The notes below the pieces were generated by a model. That model had not been told where the DNA came from and did not search any database. It saw only the letters and a program-made list of their open reading frames with translations. From contig JAJYBW010000002.1 in assembly GCA_021778815.1 (NCBI GenBank), forward strand, positions 1 through 25,825: a DNA stretch of 25,825 nt, written 5' to 3'. Made by a program: the position numbers and the translations under genes. Within the stretch, counting starts at the first letter, position 1. Each line of letters opens with the position of its first letter. Shown in pieces: positions 7,064-16,899 of this stretch. The DNA is from Acidobacteriota bacterium (GTDB lineage Bacteria; Acidobacteriota; Terriglobia; Terriglobales; Acidobacteriaceae).

Positions 7064-10000
7064 ATGAAAATAGTGACTGCAAAAATCTGGCCAGTTGTCG
7101 CTCTGTCCGTCATGCTGACGGTCTGGATATTTCCGAGCCTCACTTGGGCGCAGGCCTACCGTGGAGCGATCAAGGGCCAGGTGGAGGATCAGACGCATGC
7201 TGTTGTCGCTGGAGCGCAGGTTTCACTCAAAAATCAGGCCACAGGTGTGGTTTCGACGACCGTATCGGGTAAATCGGGCGAGTTCAGCTTCCTGAATCTC
7301 ATCGCCGGACACTACCGGCTCATCTCCACAATGCAAGGGTTTCAAACAAATATCCAGCAGGATCTTGCTGTGAATCTGGGAAGCACCGTTGCCGTGACCG
7401 TCATGCTCCAGGCAGGTGAGACCAAGCAGACCGTGACCGTTTCCGCAAACTCCGCCAGCGTTGAAAGCCAGACCTCGGAGATTGGCACGACTGTTACACC
7501 CCAGGAGATCAAGGATTTGCCGTTGCCGATGAGTGGCGACAGCAGAAACCCTCTAAGCTTTGTTCTTCTAACGCCTGGCGTTAGCGGTTCCGAGCCTGGG
7601 GCTACCCCGGACTACAGGCTGCATATCAGTGGTTCGGTCAGCGAAGCCGATCAGGTCTATATCGATGGCGTCCCGGTCTTGAATACAAACGAAATGGGGA
7701 ATCTGTCAACGGACCATCCCCCGCTCGATTCCATTTCAGCATTCAAAGTCATCACGAACAATCAGACCGCCGAATACGGTCTCGCCAGCGGAATCGTTTC
7801 CTTCGGATTCCGTTCAGGCACCAACGATCCGCATGGAAGCCTGTTTGAATATGTACAGAACTCCGCGCTCAATGCCGCCGGCTACGTGACAGATGCCCTT
7901 CATCAAAAGAAAGCTCCATTGAGCCAAAATGAATATGGTGGCACGTTCGGCGGCCCGGTGCGGATCCCGAAACTTTACGACGGCCGGAACAAAACTTTCT
8001 TCTTCGTGGACTATACCGGATTTAGGTACCGCCCAAGTTACAACAACGCGGCCCTGACAACGATTCCAAACGAGTATCGCACGGGAAACTTCTCCCAATC
8101 ACTCGGAACGCAATTGACGTCTGCTGGAGCACCAGTCTTTGATCCAGCAGGACGCCCAGTTTATAACGGTGAAATTTACGACCCGCTTTCCGCTCATACC
8201 GTAGTCGGGCCCGATGGGAAGGACTATGTTGTGCGCGATCCATTCCCTGGCAACATCATTCCGACAGGTCAGCCAGGATTAAGTACGGTATCGCAAACCA
8301 TCCTTAATAGCTTTCCGCAGGGCGATAACAACGCTCTCTTCGACAACCTTTTCCGCAATCAAGCTACCAAGACAGACGAACAACGCGTCGTTGTCAAAAT
8401 AAACGAAACTATCTCACCAAAACACTCGTTATACGGCAGTATTTTCATGGGTACTTTTACTACCTCCAATAATGGTGGCTTAAACGACTTAGATGCCAGC
8501 CTAACCACAGACCCGACGAAGCAATTCCGCGTGACCTACAACTACACGCCTTCCCAGCATGTGTTTAATAACCTCAATATTGGCTTTTTGCGGGACACCA
8601 GTTTTAACGGAACTCTACAGCCCGGACCAGGCCTCACTGCATTAGGTATACAAGGGCTGCCTCCGTTTGCGAGCAACAGCCCTTATCCATTGATCCAGAT
8701 GGGCACACTGACAAATAGTATCGGATCTACGAATGCATCGTCCGAAGCGCAAAACAGATTCTTCGAGGATGACAACCTGACACTGTTGCACGGCCGTCAT
8801 ATGTTTACTCTCGGCGGTGAGGTTCGGCGCTTGCAACGAAATGAGACGGGAATTCCCGGCGGTTCGTTCGATTTTGAACCCACAGAGTCAGGGCTCAATG
8901 GAACAGGATTTATCAATGGCACGCAAGCAATATCTATTCCATCTGGCACAGGAAACCCAGTGGCCAGTTTCCTATTTGGCGGTCTGGACTTTGCAAATGT
9001 AAGTTACCCGATTTCATCGGAATATCGCTGGCTCCAAACGGGCGTTTATTTCCAGGACGACTGGCAGGCTACCTCCGATCTTACTTTGAATCTTGGGATT
9101 CGTTATGACATCCAGGTTCCACGCACAGAAGTCCATGGTTACGCATCAACCATGGATCCAACCCTTCCAAATCCCGATGCAGGCAACCTACCCGGCGCAT
9201 ATACATACTACGGGAAAGGCAAGGGTCGCAATGGCATGGCCCGTATAGGCAAGACAGATTTTCTCGGACTTCAGCCAAGAATTGGCTTTGCCTACTCACC
9301 GGGAGACCATAAGACCGCTATCCGCGGAGGCTTCGCCATCAGCCGGCCGATTGGAAATGACAACATAGAGAACGGCATTAGCGGGACACTTTACAACACA
9401 GGCTTTTCTACTTTGGCGACAATTAATCGGCCTCAAGACTATGTTGGCTCGCCAGCCTATTATTGGGACAATCCTTTCCCGTCGTCATCCATCAGCGGAG
9501 TGGATCTCAATCCTGGAACCTTGGTTGGGAATGATAACCCCACCATGATCCATCCCTCCGCCGGCTTGCCTCCGACCCAGTTGTATTGGTCCGCGCAGGT
9601 GCAACAAGCGTTTCCTGGGAATATGGTGGCCAGTATCGGCTATGTTGGAATGCACACCTATCACTTGGGGATATGGTCCAAGCCAAACCAGATCAATCCC
9701 TTAGTTGCACAGCAATACAGTGCCGCCGCCGCCAAAGCAGGACTCCCCTTAAACGACTATTTGTCCCTTCCCGTCACTGATTCCAGGTCAGTGGTTGCCC
9801 CTCCGTGGTCTGGCTTTGTTTCTACATTCGGTTCGGGCGCGACCATTGGTCAGGCGTTGCGTCCTTGGCCACAATATGGCGATGTAGACAATCCATTCAA
9901 TCCTATCGGCAGCGTTACTTACAACGGCCTGCAAACAAGTTTGCAAAAGCGTATTTCGCGGGGACTTACTTTCCTAGTGTCATACACCTGGGAAAAAACT

Positions 10001-10783
10001 TTGGGTGATGTGGATTCAAATAGCGGTCCCAATGCTGGGGCGGAGAACGCGATTTACGCCGGCTCGTTCTTTCAGAACTATTACGACAGCAAGGCGGAAC
10101 GTTCCGTTACCAGTTCCGACATTCCACAAGTGCTATCTATCAGCTACACCTACCATCTTCCGATTGGAACGGGGCAGCGCTTCCTGAACCACACTGGCGT
10201 GGCTGGGAAGGTCTTGAGCGGCTGGGAAGTTTCTGGCATTCAGCAGTACCAGAGTGGGCGTCCGATCCATATTGAATACGATGCATTTGGAAGTTCGAAT
10301 CCCTATTTTGGCGGTGGCGACGGCTTCAGTTTCCGGCCTAACATCGTTCCTGGACAACCGCTGAAGAACCCGGCTTACCGCAGCAGTTGTTCCGGTCCCG
10401 TCCAATCCACTCCCGGCCGCAGCCCATGCCAGTTTTATATCAACCCGGCCGCCTTCTCGTTGCCGCCGTCTGGCGAGTTTGGCAACGCTCCCAATTTACT
10501 CGGCGGCTTGCGCATGCCACGCTTTTATGACGAGGACCTTTCCATCGCCAAGTCAACGGTGATTCACAACACGATGAATTTGCAAATCCAGGCAAATTTC
10601 TTCAATGCCTTCAATCGTACTGTGTTCTCTGATGGGGGCAACGCTCAAACATTTATCATCAATAATGCTCCACCCGATCTAAGTCCGGCTTCTTTGGCAA
10701 ACTCAAGTACGGTGTTCGGAATCATGTCGGCCCAACAAAACGGACCAAGGATCATACAATTCGGGGCGAGATTCGAGTTCTGA
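7064..10783 (+). CDS. TonB-dependent receptor (Oar-like, N-terminal carboxypeptidase-regulatory-like domain)
   Basis: 1239 aa; signal peptide; GAIKGQVEDQTHAVVAGAQVSLKNQATG; plug motif TAEYGLASG; YFQDDWQATSDLTLNLGIRYD; C-terminal beta-signal IIQFGARFEF. Confidence 0.95.
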   Translation: MKIVTAKIWPVVALSVMLTVWIFPSLTWAQAYRGAIKGQVEDQTHAVVAGAQVSLKNQATGVVSTTVSGKSGEFSFLNLIAGHYRLISTMQGFQTNIQQDLAVNLGSTVAVTVMLQAGETKQTVTVSANSASVESQTSEIGTTVTPQEIKDLPLPMSGDSRNPLSFVLLTPGVSGSEPGATPDYRLHISGSVSEADQVYIDGVPVLNTNEMGNLSTDHPPLDSISAFKVITNNQTAEYGLASGIVSFGFRSGTNDPHGSLFEYVQNSALNAAGYVTDALHQKKAPLSQNEYGGTFGGPVRIPKLYDGRNKTFFFVDYTGFRYRPSYNNAALTTIPNEYRTGNFSQSLGTQLTSAGAPVFDPAGRPVYNGEIYDPLSAHTVVGPDGKDYVVRDPFPGNIIPTGQPGLSTVSQTILNSFPQGDNNALFDNLFRNQATKTDEQRVVVKINETISPKHSLYGSIFMGTFTTSNNGGLNDLDASLTTDPTKQFRVTYNYTPSQHVFNNLNIGFLRDTSFNGTLQPGPGLTALGIQGLPPFASNSPYPLIQMGTLTNSIGSTNASSEAQNRFFEDDNLTLLHGRHMFTLGGEVRRLQRNETGIPGGSFDFEPTESGLNGTGFINGTQAISIPSGTGNPVASFLFGGLDFANVSYPISSEYRWLQTGVYFQDDWQATSDLTLNLGIRYDIQVPRTEVHGYASTMDPTLPNPDAGNLPGAYTYYGKGKGRNGMARIGKTDFLGLQPRIGFAYSPGDHKTAIRGGFAISRPIGNDNIENGISGTLYNTGFSTLATINRPQDYVGSPAYYWDNPFPSSSISGVDLNPGTLVGNDNPTMIHPSAGLPPTQLYWSAQVQQAFPGNMVASIGYVGMHTYHLGIWSKPNQINPLVAQQYSAAAAKAGLPLNDYLSLPVTDSRSVVAPPWSGFVSTFGSGATIGQALRPWPQYGDVDNPFNPIGSVTYNGLQTSLQKRISRGLTFLVSYTWEKTLGDVDSNSGPNAGAENAIYAGSFFQNYYDSKAERSVTSSDIPQVLSISYTYHLPIGTGQRFLNHTGVAGKVLSGWEVSGIQQYQSGRPIHIEYDAFGSSNPYFGGGDGFSFRPNIVPGQPLKNPAYRSSCSGPVQSTPGRSPCQFYINPAAFSLPPSGEFGNAPNLLGGLRMPRFYDEDLSIAKSTVIHNTMNLQIQANFFNAFNRTVFSDGGNAQTFIINNAPPDLSPASLANSSTVFGIMSAQQNGPRIIQFGARFEF

Positions 10784-10792
10784 GCTGTGACC

Positions 10793-12205
10793 ATGCTTCC
10801 CACAATCGTGTTCTTTTTAAGTGCGGCACCTCTTTTACTTGGCCAAACGCCCAACGGCACTCTTCAGATGCACGCTCAGGCGGCACAGCAAGCGGAGCTG
10901 CGAAAGGACTTCCCGGCAGCAGTGCGGGAATATGAGGCGTTGGCCAAGCTACTGCCAAATAGCGCGGAGGTTCAGAGCAATTTAGGCGTGGCGCTCTATT
11001 TTGAAAATGACAAGCGTAGAGCCATTCAAGCCTTTCATAAAGCACTCGGCTTGGATTCGACGCTATTTGTGCCTCACTTGTTTTGCGGGCTAGCTTGGTA
11101 CAAGCTTTCGAATCCGGATGCTGCAGTGCCCGAGTTAGAAAGGGCAGTGCAGCTCAATGGAGCCGATGCCATAGCTCACACTTGGCTGGGTTATGCCTAT
11201 ATTGCGCAGTTTCGATACCGGAAGGCGATCGCGGAGTTACAGACCGCAGGGCAAATCGATTCTGGCAATATCGACATCTGGTATGCACTTGGTCAGGCTT
11301 ATACAGAAGCTGGAAGTGAAGCCACTGCGAAGCTGCTTAAGGTCGCGCCGAATGCCGGCCGCGTGTGGCAACTCGCGGGCGAACAAGCGCAATTGCAGGG
11401 GGACCGCCCCAAGGCCCTTGAATTGTTTGAAGGTGCGTACCAGCGCCGTCCAGACCTCACAGAATTACGCCCACTGATTGCCAAGCTTGGGGGGACCGCG
11501 ACCGCTGCTTCAAGCTCGCCTGCAGTGAAGGATCGACAAGAAGATGGACTTTACAAGGTAGCCCACAACGATGAGCAACAGGCGCGCGCTGCTTTCCAAA
11601 AAGTGATTGAGATTGCTCCGGATTCCTACCGTGCTCACCAGATTATGGCGGAGGCATATAGTGCCGAACAGCATTACGGAAAATCCAACGAAGAATATGA
11701 AAAGGTTGTAGCTCTAAAGCCGGATCTGCCAGGCATTCATGAAGCAATGGGAAAAAATCTGGTTCGCGCCGGAAAGCTCCAGGAAGCGTTAAGTGAGTTC
11801 CACGTTGAGCTCCAGAGTCAGCCAGACTCTTCAATGGCATACATGAATGTCGGAAACGCGTTGCTGTTGATGCAACATGACAATGAGGCAGAGAAAATGT
11901 TGCGCCAATCCCTTCAACTGGATCGGCCTCCTTCAGAGACTTACAAGCTTTTGGGGAAGATCGATCTGACTCGCCGAAACTATAGCGGAGCAATCGAAAT
12001 GCTTACAAAATATATTGGTTTGGCTCCGGGCGATTCGGATGGATATTACATGTTAAGTCGTGCCTATCGGGCTATAGGCAACAAATCGGAGATGACTCGC
12101 ATGCTCGGTCTATACAAGAGCACATCCGACCTATACAAGGACACCCCCCAAGCTACGAAATCCGGCGACGGCACAGGAAGTGCCCTACCTGATTTGAAGA
12201 AATAA
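10793..12205 (+). CDS. Secreted tetratricopeptide-repeat protein
   Basis: Signal peptide MLPTIVFFLSAAPLLLG|Q, then many TPR units (AEVQSNLGVALY, IAHTWLGYAY, YRAHQIMAEAY, AYMNVGNALL). An alternative GTG start exists at 10787. Confidence 0.92.
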   Translation: MLPTIVFFLSAAPLLLGQTPNGTLQMHAQAAQQAELRKDFPAAVREYEALAKLLPNSAEVQSNLGVALYFENDKRRAIQAFHKALGLDSTLFVPHLFCGLAWYKLSNPDAAVPELERAVQLNGADAIAHTWLGYAYIAQFRYRKAIAELQTAGQIDSGNIDIWYALGQAYTEAGSEATAKLLKVAPNAGRVWQLAGEQAQLQGDRPKALELFEGAYQRRPDLTELRPLIAKLGGTATAASSSPAVKDRQEDGLYKVAHNDEQQARAAFQKVIEIAPDSYRAHQIMAEAYSAEQHYGKSNEEYEKVVALKPDLPGIHEAMGKNLVRAGKLQEALSEFHVELQSQPDSSMAYMNVGNALLLMQHDNEAEKMLRQSLQLDRPPSETYKLLGKIDLTRRNYSGAIEMLTKYIGLAPGDSDGYYMLSRAYRAIGNKSEMTRMLGLYKSTSDLYKDTPQATKSGDGTGSALPDLKK

Positions 12206-12222
12206 AGGAGCGATTTGCTGCT

Positions 12223-13833
12223 GTGAATGAAGCAATCCTAGTCACGAGCGGAGATCTGCGCCAGTCCGCCAACCGAGCGTGCTGGCCGGCGCAGGAAGAT
12301 CTGGAGCGCAGGCTCATGCAATGTTTTCACGATGAGGGAGTTTCGGTGCGCCGCGCTTTTCCCGTCGACCCGCATCTGAGGCATGGTTTCATCTCCGGTC
12401 AGCGCATGGGGATGGATGTTTTTGCTACGATTCCGCCGGAATCAAACCTGATATTTGCGACGGCTGCATGGCAGTACAGCCATCATGTGCTGCCGGGACT
12501 GCGCTTCCATCGCGGGCCGATTCTCACGGTGGCGAATTGGTCTGGGCAATGGCCAGGCCTCGTGGGGCTGCTGAATCTTAATGGCTCCCTGGTCAAGGCC
12601 GGAGTCCCGTTCAGCACCATCTGGAGCCAGAGCTTCTCGGACGAGTACTTTCTCAATGGGATCCGGGAGTGGATCAGGAGCAAGCGTATTTCCCATGACG
12701 CAGGTCATGTGCGGGATCTCGATATCAGTGCGCTTCCAGATGCCGCAGTTTGTTTAGGGCATCAACTCGCGGATACTCTCAAGCGCCGGAAGGCGATTCT
12801 CGGCATCTTCGACGAGGGATGTATGGGGATGTACAACGCCATCATCGACGATGAACCCTTGAATGCCTTGGGAGTCTTCAAGGAGCGCCTGAGCCAGTCC
12901 GCGCTGGTGGCAAAAATGCGCACCGTACATGAAGGAGAGACCCTCAAGGTGCGGCAATGGCTGGAGGGCAGGGGCCTGCGGTTCGTGACCGGGAAGGACG
13001 CGCAGTCTGAACTGACGGATACGCAGATCCTTGAACAATGCAGGATGTACATTGCCGCAGTGCGCATCGCACACGAATTCGGTTGCGACGCGATTGGCAT
13101 TCAGTACCAGCAAGGCCTGAAGGAGATGGTTCCGGCATCAGACCTGGTGGAAGGGCTGCTGAATAATGCAGACCGTCCGCCGGTGTTCGACGAGCACTCC
13201 GGTAAGGAACTCTATGCAGGCGGGCCGCTGCCCCACTTCAACGAGGTGGACGAGTGTGCCGGGCTCGATGCTCTGGTGACAAACCGCTGCTGGACAGCAC
13301 TCGAACTCGATCCCGCAACAACGCTGCACGATGTGCGTTGGGGGGAGCATTACAAGGGCGAAGGGGTGGACGATTTTGTGTGGGTGCTTCAAATATCGGG
13401 AGCTGCGCCCGCCAGCCATTTCGTCGATGGGTATCGTGGAGCTTCGAGCGAGCGTCAACCGCCAATGTATTTTCCCCTGGGCGGGGGAACCCTCAAAGGT
13501 GTTGGCAGACCAGGGGAGATTGTGTGGAGTCGCGTTTTCGTGGAGGGTGGAGCCCTACACGCCGACATTGGGCGTGGCGCTGTGGTCGAGCTTCCAGGGG
13601 AGGAAGTTGACCGCCGCTGGAAGCATACGACCCCACAATGGCCCATGGTCAGCGCGGTTTTCCCTGGAATTTCGCGCGACGCTTTCATGGCTCGCCATCG
13701 CGCTAACCACGTCAATATCGCGTATGCGTCCGATGCGGATACGGCCAACAAGGCGCTCGCTGTAAAAGCTGCAATGTTCGACTCACTGGGCGTGAGGGTG
13801 CACCTCTGCGGCCCGGCTGGTTTAGGGAAATGA
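12223..13833 (+). CDS. L-fucose/arabinose isomerase-family sugar isomerase (cytoplasmic)
   Basis: LGIFDEGCMGMYNA, VFKERLSQSAL, GCDAIGIQYQQG, PHFNEVD, TTLHD, C-terminal HRANHVNIAY; GTG start with AAGGAG RBS; no signal peptide. Confidence 0.85.
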   Translation: MNEAILVTSGDLRQSANRACWPAQEDLERRLMQCFHDEGVSVRRAFPVDPHLRHGFISGQRMGMDVFATIPPESNLIFATAAWQYSHHVLPGLRFHRGPILTVANWSGQWPGLVGLLNLNGSLVKAGVPFSTIWSQSFSDEYFLNGIREWIRSKRISHDAGHVRDLDISALPDAAVCLGHQLADTLKRRKAILGIFDEGCMGMYNAIIDDEPLNALGVFKERLSQSALVAKMRTVHEGETLKVRQWLEGRGLRFVTGKDAQSELTDTQILEQCRMYIAAVRIAHEFGCDAIGIQYQQGLKEMVPASDLVEGLLNNADRPPVFDEHSGKELYAGGPLPHFNEVDECAGLDALVTNRCWTALELDPATTLHDVRWGEHYKGEGVDDFVWVLQISGAAPASHFVDGYRGASSERQPPMYFPLGGGTLKGVGRPGEIVWSRVFVEGGALHADIGRGAVVELPGEEVDRRWKHTTPQWPMVSAVFPGISRDAFMARHRANHVNIAYASDADTANKALAVKAAMFDSLGVRVHLCGPAGLGK

Positions 13834-13870
13834 GAGTGAGACGAGCGATCTCTCTGGCGGGAGCCTGTCG

Positions 13871-15460
13871 ATGAGCTTGGTTGCGGGCGTCGACTTTGGA
13901 ACGTTGAGCGTTCGGGTGTCTATATTCGACAGCCGAAAAGGCCGCATATCATCCGGGGTGGCGGAATACCCGCTGAACCGTTCCGCCCAGGATCCTAACC
14001 TCGCAACCCAGAGCCATGTCAAACAGATGGAGGCGCTCGAGCGCGCCATGCGGCGTGCGCTTGCTTCGGGAAATGTGGATGGGAGTGAAGTCAGGGCCTT
14101 GGCGTGCGATACCACCGGTTCCAGTGTCATTCTGGTGGGAGCAGAACTTGAACCGCTCGACGATTACTACTTGTGGTGTGACCATCGCGCCTGGCGAGAG
14201 GCGCGAGAGATAACGGCCGCTGCACACGCGCAAAAGCTTGAAGCGATCGAGTGGTGCGGCGGCACCTATTCTTCGGAATGGGGATTTTCAAAGCTCCTGC
14301 ATTGGCTACGCCACAACCCCGAAAAGCGCGACCGCCTGGTGACGGCCATGGAAAATTGCGACATGGTTGTCGCGACCCTTTGCGGCATCACGCTGGCAGC
14401 CGACGTGCCGCGTAGCATCTGCGCCATGGGCCACAAATGGATGTGGAATCCGAAATGGGGCGGTCTGCCGTCACAGGAATTTCTTACCTCCGTCGATCCG
14501 CTGTTCGCAGGCATTTGCGAGAAGCTCTCCGGACGCTATGAAAGCTCGGATAGGATCGCGGGAAGGCTCAGTGCTGCGTGGGCAAAGCGGCTCGGATTGC
14601 GAGCCGGTATTCCTATCCCTGTTGGAGCGCTCGACGCCCATTGGGACGCGATTGCGGCGAACATTCGGCTGGGAGACGTGGTGAATGTCATCGGGACTTC
14701 CACCTGCATTATCGGAGTAAGCGCGCAACAAGCCCTGGTGCCAGGAGTGTGCGGCGTCGTACCCGGTTCGGTGCTGCCGGAATACGTCGGCATTGAAGCG
14801 GGATTGTCGGCCGTTGGCGACCTGTTTGATGGCATCGCCCGTCGGGCAGCAATGGATGCGCCCACCTTAAGCCAAGGGCTGGATTCGTATCGCGCCGGAC
14901 AGACCGGATTGTTGCGCATGGTGTGGGACAACGGCGATCGAACGGTGCTGGTCAATCCAAACCTGGGGGGCGTCACGCTGGGGTGGAACATTTTGAGCAC
15001 TGCGCAGGATGAACTGTTCGCGGCCATCGAAGGGACCGCGCTCCACACCCGCATCATTCTGGAACGCATGGGGAAAAAGGGCGCGCCGGTCGAGCGAGTG
15101 ATTAATGGCGGTGGTATTCCCCAGAAAAGCGCTGTGCTGAACCAGGTGTACGCGAACGCGCTGAACAAGCCGGTATTGGTTCCCTTTGGCGACGTAACCA
15201 GCCTCGGCTCGGCAATCTTCGCATTTCTCGCAGCCGGAGAATTTGCGTCTGTCGAAGAAGCGCAGGATGCACTCTGTCCTCCGCACCGAACCTTTCTGCC
15301 CGACGCGCGCGAGGCGGAGACCTACGACCGGCTATATTTACTTTTTAACGAATTGTATTTCTCTCTGGGAGCGCCGCACAGCTCTGCTGTGCGCATCGGA
15401 CACATACTGCCGTCATTGCGTGAAATCGCCTTCAAGTTACAGGAACTCGAGCCCCGATGA
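13871..15460 (+). CDS. FGGY-family carbohydrate kinase, ribulokinase-like
   Basis: GVDFGTLSVR phosphate motif, ACDTTGSS, LWCDHRA, YSSEWGFSK, GALDAHWDA, IGTSTC, INGGGIPQK. Confidence 0.92.
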   Translation: MSLVAGVDFGTLSVRVSIFDSRKGRISSGVAEYPLNRSAQDPNLATQSHVKQMEALERAMRRALASGNVDGSEVRALACDTTGSSVILVGAELEPLDDYYLWCDHRAWREAREITAAAHAQKLEAIEWCGGTYSSEWGFSKLLHWLRHNPEKRDRLVTAMENCDMVVATLCGITLAADVPRSICAMGHKWMWNPKWGGLPSQEFLTSVDPLFAGICEKLSGRYESSDRIAGRLSAAWAKRLGLRAGIPIPVGALDAHWDAIAANIRLGDVVNVIGTSTCIIGVSAQQALVPGVCGVVPGSVLPEYVGIEAGLSAVGDLFDGIARRAAMDAPTLSQGLDSYRAGQTGLLRMVWDNGDRTVLVNPNLGGVTLGWNILSTAQDELFAAIEGTALHTRIILERMGKKGAPVERVINGGGIPQKSAVLNQVYANALNKPVLVPFGDVTSLGSAIFAFLAAGEFASVEEAQDALCPPHRTFLPDAREAETYDRLYLLFNELYFSLGAPHSSAVRIGHILPSLREIAFKLQELEPR

Positions 15461-16785
15461 CCATCAACTCGCACGTCATAAAGAGTACTGCCGTCGGCGC
15501 ACTCGGCGGACTGCTTTTCGGATTTGATACGGCAGTCATTTCGGGAACCACGCATGCATTGACGGTGACATATCACCTTTCGCCCGCATTGCTCGGCGTG
15601 ACTGTTTCCAGTGCTCTGGTCGGCACCGTAATCGCCGCGATGACCGCCGGCATTCCCGGGCAAAAATTTGGCCGGCGCGACAGTCTTCGCGTGATGGCGA
15701 TGTTCTATGTGGTTTCGGCGCTGGGCTGCGCCTTTGCATGGAACTGGCCTGCGCTTATATTCTTTCGATTTATGGGCGGCATCGGGATTGGTGGCTCATC
15801 CGTGCTCGGTCCCATGTACATCGCAGAAATTGCCCCCGCCGAGTGGCGGGGCAGGGTGGTAGGGGTTTTCCAGGTCAACATTGTCGTCGGCATCTTGCTG
15901 GCGTACCTGTCGAATTTTTTCCTTCGCAGTCTGCATCTTGGAGTCAATACATGGCGCTGGCAGCTTGGCATCTCCGCAATCCCAGCCGTCCTTTTTCTGG
16001 TTGCATTGTTTGGCATTGCGCGCAGCCCGCGATGGCTGGCAACCCAGGCCAAGCTGGTGGAAGCGATGGATGTGCTGCGCCTGACCGGCATGCCGGAACC
16101 GGAAAAAGAACTGGAAGAGATTGTCGCCTCCATTCATCTGGAGCGGTCGGTCCGCGCCGAGCCGCTGTTCTCCAGGAAATACCGCCGGCCGGTCTTCCTC
16201 GCTATTACTGTGGGGATGTTCTGCCAGCTCTCGGGGATCAACGCAATTCTTTATTATCTGAACGATATTTTCTCTCTGGCAGGAGCATCTCAGATTTCGG
16301 GCGATCTGCAGGCTGTGGCCGTGGGCGCGACAAATCTGGTGGCAACGCTACTCGCGATGGCGGTGATCGATAAAATCGGCCGCCGGAAGCTATTACTGGG
16401 AGGGACCGTCGGTTTGACGGCGGCCCTGACAGCCATTGCTCTCATCTTCTTGACCCGCAGTCATTTTGGATGGTTGCTCTGGCTGCTGATGGCGTATATC
16501 GCCTGCTTCGCCGTCTCTCAGGGGGCGGTGCTATGGGTCTACATCAGCGAGGTATTTCCCACCACGGTGCGCTCCAAAGGTCAAAGTCTGGGCAGTTCTT
16601 CCCACTGGGTGACAAATGCGCTGATCTCTCTCGTTTTTCCATTAATGGCGAAGTCATCGGGAGCATCCCCGTTCATATTTTTCGCAGCGATGATGGTAAT
16701 CGATTTCTTCATGGTGCTGTTTTACTACCCCGAAACGAGCGGCATCTCTCTGGAACAGATGCAGCACAATTTCGGCATCGACTAA
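15457..16785 (+). CDS. Sugar porter family MFS transporter (XylE/AraE-like)
   Basis: ALGGLLFGFDTAVISG, KFGRR loop, PMYIAEIAP..RG, QLSGINAILYY, IDKIGRRKLL, WVYISEVFP, PETSG; 12-TM pattern; ATGA overlap with the kinase. Confidence 0.97.
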   Translation: MTINSHVIKSTAVGALGGLLFGFDTAVISGTTHALTVTYHLSPALLGVTVSSALVGTVIAAMTAGIPGQKFGRRDSLRVMAMFYVVSALGCAFAWNWPALIFFRFMGGIGIGGSSVLGPMYIAEIAPAEWRGRVVGVFQVNIVVGILLAYLSNFFLRSLHLGVNTWRWQLGISAIPAVLFLVALFGIARSPRWLATQAKLVEAMDVLRLTGMPEPEKELEEIVASIHLERSVRAEPLFSRKYRRPVFLAITVGMFCQLSGINAILYYLNDIFSLAGASQISGDLQAVAVGATNLVATLLAMAVIDKIGRRKLLLGGTVGLTAALTAIALIFLTRSHFGWLLWLLMAYIACFAVSQGAVLWVYISEVFPTTVRSKGQSLGSSSHWVTNALISLVFPLMAKSSGASPFIFFAAMMVIDFFMVLFYYPETSGISLEQMQHNFGID

Positions 16786-16800
16786 ACCAGTCAAAACTGT

Positions 16801-16825
16801 CGGCGGCGCGAAGCTTGCGCTGCCG
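16801..16825 (+). other. Intercistronic GC-rich hairpin without a U-tract
   Basis: CGGCGGCGCG-AAGCT-TGCGCTGCCG: 10-bp stem with two G-U pairs and a 5-nt loop. Confidence 0.45.
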
Positions 16826-16899
16826 CAAGCCTCAACAGCAGGGTTCGGCTGAGTTCACCCGCAACACAGATTTTTTATCGTTCGCAATGGAGGACGTTT

